NCBI GenBank assembly: GCA_024277435.1
Contig: JAJRVJ010000031.1
Location: forward strand, 11 to 64,010
Source of the DNA: Patescibacteria group bacterium
GTDB taxonomy: Bacteria > Patescibacteriota > Patescibacteriia > UBA9570
Direction of reading: 5' to 3'
DNA: 64,000 bases
This document shows positions 60,232-64,000 of the stretch, in pieces. Made by a program: the position numbers and the translations under genes. The first letter of the stretch is position 1. The number at the start of each line of letters is the position of its first letter. Below the pieces are notes generated by a model. The model saw nothing but the letters and a program-made list of their open reading frames with translations, was not told the origin of the DNA and searched no databases.

Positions 60232-62496
60232 TTACTCAAGTGATTTATTCCTTAATAATACAGCGTTAGCTGATACAATTACCGTACTGAGAGACATTAA
60301 TACTGCTGCAACCGCTGGTTGTAGGAAAATACCTTGAAATGCTAAAACGCCAGCTGCTAACGGAATAGCAATAATATTATAGCCAGTAGCCCAAAACAAA
60401 TTTTGTAGCATTTTTTTATACGTCAATTGTGATAACCGAACAATTTTAGGAATATCACGTGGATCGTTTTTTACAAGAATAATACCAGCCGATTCTAGAG
60501 CAACATTTGTTCCAGCACCGATAGCAATACCAAGATCTGCCTGCGTAAGAGCCGGGGCATCATTTACACCATCTCCTACCATAGCAACTTTCATACCCTT
60601 CCCTTGAAGTAGCTTCACTTTTTCTGATTTTTTATCAGGAAGCACCCGTGCAAAATACTCATCAATATCAAGCTCTTGTGCAACCCATTCGGCAACTTCA
60701 TTGGTATCTCCGGTAATCATAGCAGTTTTAATACCCATGGCATGCAAGGCTTGTATTGCCTCACGGGATTCTTCACGAATAATATCGGCCAAAGCAATAG
60801 CCCCATATAGTACATTATCAACAAATACATAAATAACCGTTTTACCCTGACCAGCTAATTCTGTGGTGCTTTTTACAAATGCATCTGGCGGAGTTACTCC
60901 ATGATCTTCTAATAATTGGGGGCTCCCTACAACCACTAATCGATCACCAACCATTGCTTGTGCACCCTTACCAGGTAGTCGGATAAAATTATCAATGCTA
61001 GATAATTCAACCCCCTGCTGACGAGCTTCTTCAACAATGGCATGAGCAATAGGATGCTCGGAATGAGCATTAACGATAGCTGCTAATTGTAAAACCTCTT
61101 CTTCTGAATGATTATTCAACGGAACAATAGCATCGATTCCAAACTCCCCTTTCGTGAGTGTACCGGTTTTATCAAATAGAATAACATCAATGTTACGAGC
61201 AGCTTCCAGAGCTAAGCGTTGCTTTACTAAAAACCCATTGCGGGCGGCTTTAGTGGTTGAAATTGATGCCACTAACGGAATTGCTAATCCTAATGCGTGT
61301 GGACAGGTAATTACTAATACTGCCACCATACGCTCTACAGCAAAGGCCGGTTCGGCTACTGCTAGCCAACTAGCTAATGTGATACCACCAATAACTACCG
61401 CTATAATAGTTAAATAATATGCCGCGCGATCGGATAGCATTTGTAAACGGGATTTAGAACTCTGTGCTTCCACCACCAACCGCATCACGCCTGCTAGAAA
61501 TGTATCATCACCAATTTTTGTAACCGTAATTTGCAGTGAGCCATCACCGTTAGTTGTACCGGCAATTACTTCATCACCTGATTGCTTGGATACAGGATTG
61601 GATTCTCCAGTAGCTACAGCTTCATTAATATCCGATTGCCCTTCAGCAATTGTACCATCAGCTGGTATTTTTCCACCAGGCTTTACAAGGGCGATATCAC
61701 CGGTAATCAATTCCTCAAGCGGGATAGTGATGGTTTTTCCATCACGAATCACTTCAGCACTATCGGGAAGTAATTTTGATAATTCTTTTAGAGCACTCTG
61801 CGCTCCCGATACAGCACGCATCTCCATCCAATGCCCTAGTAACATCACCGTAATTAACGTTGCCAGCTCCCAGAATAAGGTTTTTTCTCCACCAGTAAAT
61901 ACAATATAAACACTATAAGTATAGGCCGTAGTAACTGCCAAAGCAATCAATGTCATCATGCCAGGTAATTTTGCTCGCAACTCCCTATAAGCCGAGGCTA
62001 AAAATACCCATCCTCCATAGAAGAAAATAATTGAAGATAGTATAAGTGGGAGATACTCCGATCCTGGAAACTGCGGGGCAGTATACTCCAACAAATCTTG
62101 AACTATCGGTGAATACGCCACCACTGGCACTGATAGTATTAAACTCACCCAAAATTTGACCTTAAAAATATTTGTTGAATGCCCTTCATGCTTATCATGA
62201 GCTGCAGCTTCATGCTGACCAGATTTTTTTTGCACAGGTACTAATTGCATGCCACATTCCGGGCACATACCTGCGTGTTTCTGTATAACTTCTGGATGCA
62301 TCGGGCAAGAGTACATCGCATCGCCTTCATCCGTATTTTTTGTCTTAGTTTTTACAGGCACAAGCTGCATTCCGCAATCAGGACACATACCAGCATGCGC
62401 CTGCTTTACATTTGGATGCATTGGGCAGGAGTATACTGTACCACTAGTTAATGGTTCTTTATGCGATTCTGTTGCAGGATGATGATTGTGATCCAT
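60232..62496 (-). CDS. copper P1B-3 (CopB-like) ATPase with CPH motif and tandem CPMHP..C..CGM metal-binding N-terminal repeats
   Basis: ITCPHALGLAIP (CPH), [13 protein letters not shown]; two N-terminal YSCPMHP....HAGMCP.CGMQLVPV repeats. Confidence 0.85.
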   Translation of the reverse strand: MDHNHHPATESHKEPLTSGTVYSCPMHPNVKQAHAGMCPDCGMQLVPVKTKTKNTDEGDAMYSCPMHPEVIQKHAGMCPECGMQLVPVQKKSGQHEAAAHDKHEGHSTNIFKVKFWVSLILSVPVVAYSPIVQDLLEYTAPQFPGSEYLPLILSSIIFFYGGWVFLASAYRELRAKLPGMMTLIALAVTTAYTYSVYIVFTGGEKTLFWELATLITVMLLGHWMEMRAVSGAQSALKELSKLLPDSAEVIRDGKTITIPLEELITGDIALVKPGGKIPADGTIAEGQSDINEAVATGESNPVSKQSGDEVIAGTTNGDGSLQITVTKIGDDTFLAGVMRLVVEAQSSKSRLQMLSDRAAYYLTIIAVVIGGITLASWLAVAEPAFAVERMVAVLVITCPHALGLAIPLVASISTTKAARNGFLVKQRLALEAARNIDVILFDKTGTLTKGEFGIDAIVPLNNHSEEEVLQLAAIVNAHSEHPIAHAIVEEARQQGVELSSIDNFIRLPGKGAQAMVGDRLVVVGSPQLLEDHGVTPPDAFVKSTTELAGQGKTVIYVFVDNVLYGAIALADIIREESREAIQALHAMGIKTAMITGDTNEVAEWVAQELDIDEYFARVLPDKKSEKVKLLQGKGMKVAMVGDGVNDAPALTQADLGIAIGAGTNVALESAGIILVKNDPRDIPKIVRLSQLTYKKMLQNLFWATGYNIIAIPLAAGVLAFQGIFLQPAVAAVLMSLSTVIVSANAVLLRNKSLE

Positions 62497-62522
62497 AATA
62501 ACTTGTTCTTAGTACTAATTTA

Positions 62523-63227
62523 TTAGCGTAGCGTACGATTGAACTGATACTCACCTTCGGTTCTATTAAATATATCGTTTATGCAGGAATATACTAGTGG
62601 CTGAGCTGTGGGTAAATTGACATATGGTATTTGAGCGTCGGGTATTCTTTCCAAAAATTTTATAATTGCCCGTAGCGTATTTCCATGCGCAACTATTAAC
62701 ACAGCTTTTCCAGCTCGTATTCTCGGATGGATATTTTTTTGAAAATAGGGCACCACTCTATTATACACATCTTGCAAGCTCTCTCCATTAGGTGGACGAT
62801 CACTATATCCGCGGCGCCATTGTGTTATCAAATCTTTTCCGAATGTTTTTTCAGCTAGATGTTTATTTAACCCCTGCAAATCACCATAATAACGCTCGTT
62901 TAAATTTTGATCCATAAATATCGGAATGGTGTTTTGTGTAAATTCCTGCGGAGCGTTTTTCATCCTAGTATAGCGAGGGTTGTCATCGTGTTGAAACATA
63001 CCAATTCTACGTTGATGAGAAAGTATTATTAATAATGTTTCATGAGCCCGTTCTAAATGAGATGTAAAGGCCGCGTCATAATCGAACTGCTGACAATGAT
63101 CCGCTACGCTATGAGCCTCGTCAATTCCAGCTTTACTGAGCGAAATATCAATCCAACCCGTAAAGAGGTTCAATTCATTCATGCGTGATTCGCCATGACG
63201 GATAATAACTAATTTACCATGTTTCAT
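62523..63227 (-). CDS. gpmA: 2,3-bisphosphoglycerate-dependent phosphoglycerate mutase / histidine phosphatase family
   Basis: LVIIRHGESRMNELNLFTGWID motif. Confidence 0.7.
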   Translation of the reverse strand: MKHGKLVIIRHGESRMNELNLFTGWIDISLSKAGIDEAHSVADHCQQFDYDAAFTSHLERAHETLLIILSHQRRIGMFQHDDNPRYTRMKNAPQEFTQNTIPIFMDQNLNERYYGDLQGLNKHLAEKTFGKDLITQWRRGYSDRPPNGESLQDVYNRVVPYFQKNIHPRIRAGKAVLIVAHGNTLRAIIKFLERIPDAQIPYVNLPTAQPLVYSCINDIFNRTEGEYQFNRTLR

Positions 63228-63312
63228 ACATCGATAGTGCTATACTTTTTCATGAGAATGCTTAGAAGTATTTTTCACATATTTTTGTGTGTTCATACAA
63301 ATTTACGTGGTA

Positions 63313-63573
63313 TTATTTATTTTCTTTGCCTGCCAATCTATTATACAGCCAACCAAATATGTACCCTGTAATAAAGCTGATAATTGCCGCCTCAACCATT
63401 CCACCGATAATTCCTAAAAAGGATAGTGAAAAAATGAGGTGGTGCTGTGCCATGGTGGCAGCGGCCTCCTCATAAATTCCAAGGTTAGCTAGAATTCCAA
63501 GGGTCAACATCACAAGTGCTGACATAATTGCTGCTGCGTACCCTAGGGCTAGAGCGTTAAGTGTATGTTTCAT
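63313..63573 (-). CDS. 86-aa two-TM membrane protein, family B copy 2
   Basis: paralog of 59837..60097. Confidence 0.45.
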   Translation of the reverse strand: MKHTLNALALGYAAAIMSALVMLTLGILANLGIYEEAAATMAQHHLIFSLSFLGIIGGMVEAAIISFITGYIFGWLYNRLAGKENK

Positions 63574-63612
63574 ATATGTATAATAAATGGTTAATTAGAT
63601 TTGATTAAGTAT

Positions 63613-63891
63613 TTATTTTTTAGTTTTTTTATAGATTTGCATAATTTCATCTATCACCTCTTCTTGCTTTTTCTTATTATCACTTTGCATCGCACTCTTT
63701 ACACAGGCATGAAGATGATTATGTAATAATTCTTGATTTACCTTATGTAAGGCTGAAATCACAGCTAAATTTTGATTAATAACATCAAAGCAATATGCAT
63801 CATCTTCAATAAGCTTTTTATTTGATTGCGCATGACCAATTAATCGACTCATACGATTAATAAGCTTTTTCTTCAATGTAGTGTTTTTCAT
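63613..63891 (-). CDS. csoR: CsoR/RcnR-family metal-sensing transcriptional repressor
   Basis: RLIGHAQ...YC.DV..Q..A...AL...........H.C pattern (C-H-C ligand set). Confidence 0.7.
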   Translation of the reverse strand: MKNTTLKKKLINRMSRLIGHAQSNKKLIEDDAYCFDVINQNLAVISALHKVNQELLHNHLHACVKSAMQSDNKKKQEEVIDEIMQIYKKTKK

Positions 63892-63910
63892 AAACTAATA
63901 TCAATATTCT

Positions 63911-63932
63911 ATATCCCCCCATAGGGGGATAT
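63911..63932. promoter_or_regulatory. CsoR-type operator candidate: ATATCCCCC-CATA-GGGGGATAT
   Basis: perfect 9-bp G/C-tract palindrome 20 bp upstream of csoR start. Confidence 0.55.
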
Positions 63933-63947
63933 TATCACATATAACAA

Positions 63948-63980
63948 AACACCGCAACCCTAGTGAGTTGCGGTGTTTGT
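63948..63980. terminator. terminator-like hairpin CACCGCAAC-N8-GTTGCGGTG flanked by T-runs
   Basis: stem plus TTTTGTTAT on minus strand; likely ends a gene beyond window edge. Confidence 0.5.
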
Positions 63981-64000
63981 GGTTAGTAGATACTATCTAC

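Overview
This is an AT-rich bacterial chromosomal segment with more than 60 densely packed genes, most of them on the minus strand. Two short, visibly GC-rich islets stand out and look horizontally acquired (roughly 395-2295 and 38962-39400).

Recognisable content, in window order:
- DNA repair and helicases: an AlkD-like alkylation repair protein, a Pif1/RecD-like helicase and RecQ.
- Transport and translation: ZnuA/TroA-like metal-binding lipoprotein, SulP anion permease, an ABC-F ATPase, and a heterodimeric ABC exporter pair.
- Flavoproteins: several FAD-dependent oxidoreductases, including an HI0933-like flavoprotein.
- Nickel superoxide dismutase with its maturation protease (sodN-sodX).
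- A tRNA-Tyr / tRNA-Thr / rpmG / tRNA-Trp cluster. Partial tRNA 3'-end direct repeats, a GC-rich remnant and a TAA-interrupted gene for a cytochrome b5-like lipoprotein mark likely former integration or rearrangement points.
- A roughly 18 kb copper and extracytoplasmic-redox island (46.6-64 kb). It holds a multicopper oxidase, a cytochrome b homolog, a rhodanese, a DUF1573 protein, CcdA, a DsbA-like protein, DUF3105, Lgt and a Met/His-rich SHOCT protein. It also carries a tandemly duplicated cassette of csoR, a small membrane protein and a P1B-ATPase, with CopA (CPC) in one copy and CopB-like (CPH) in the other, and a CsoR-type G/C-tract palindromic operator.

Two genes look frameshifted: a clan GH-A glycoside hydrolase, at an A6 homopolymer, and an SDR. 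No CRISPR array, IS element or integrase gene is present.

Several families here are unknown to me and recur in this window: a Lys-rich FN3-like module in three secreted proteins; two Cys-rich small membrane proteins with a conserved PP(K/R)YLF.TV.LLE tail; and an 86-aa two-TM protein present twice in the copper island.
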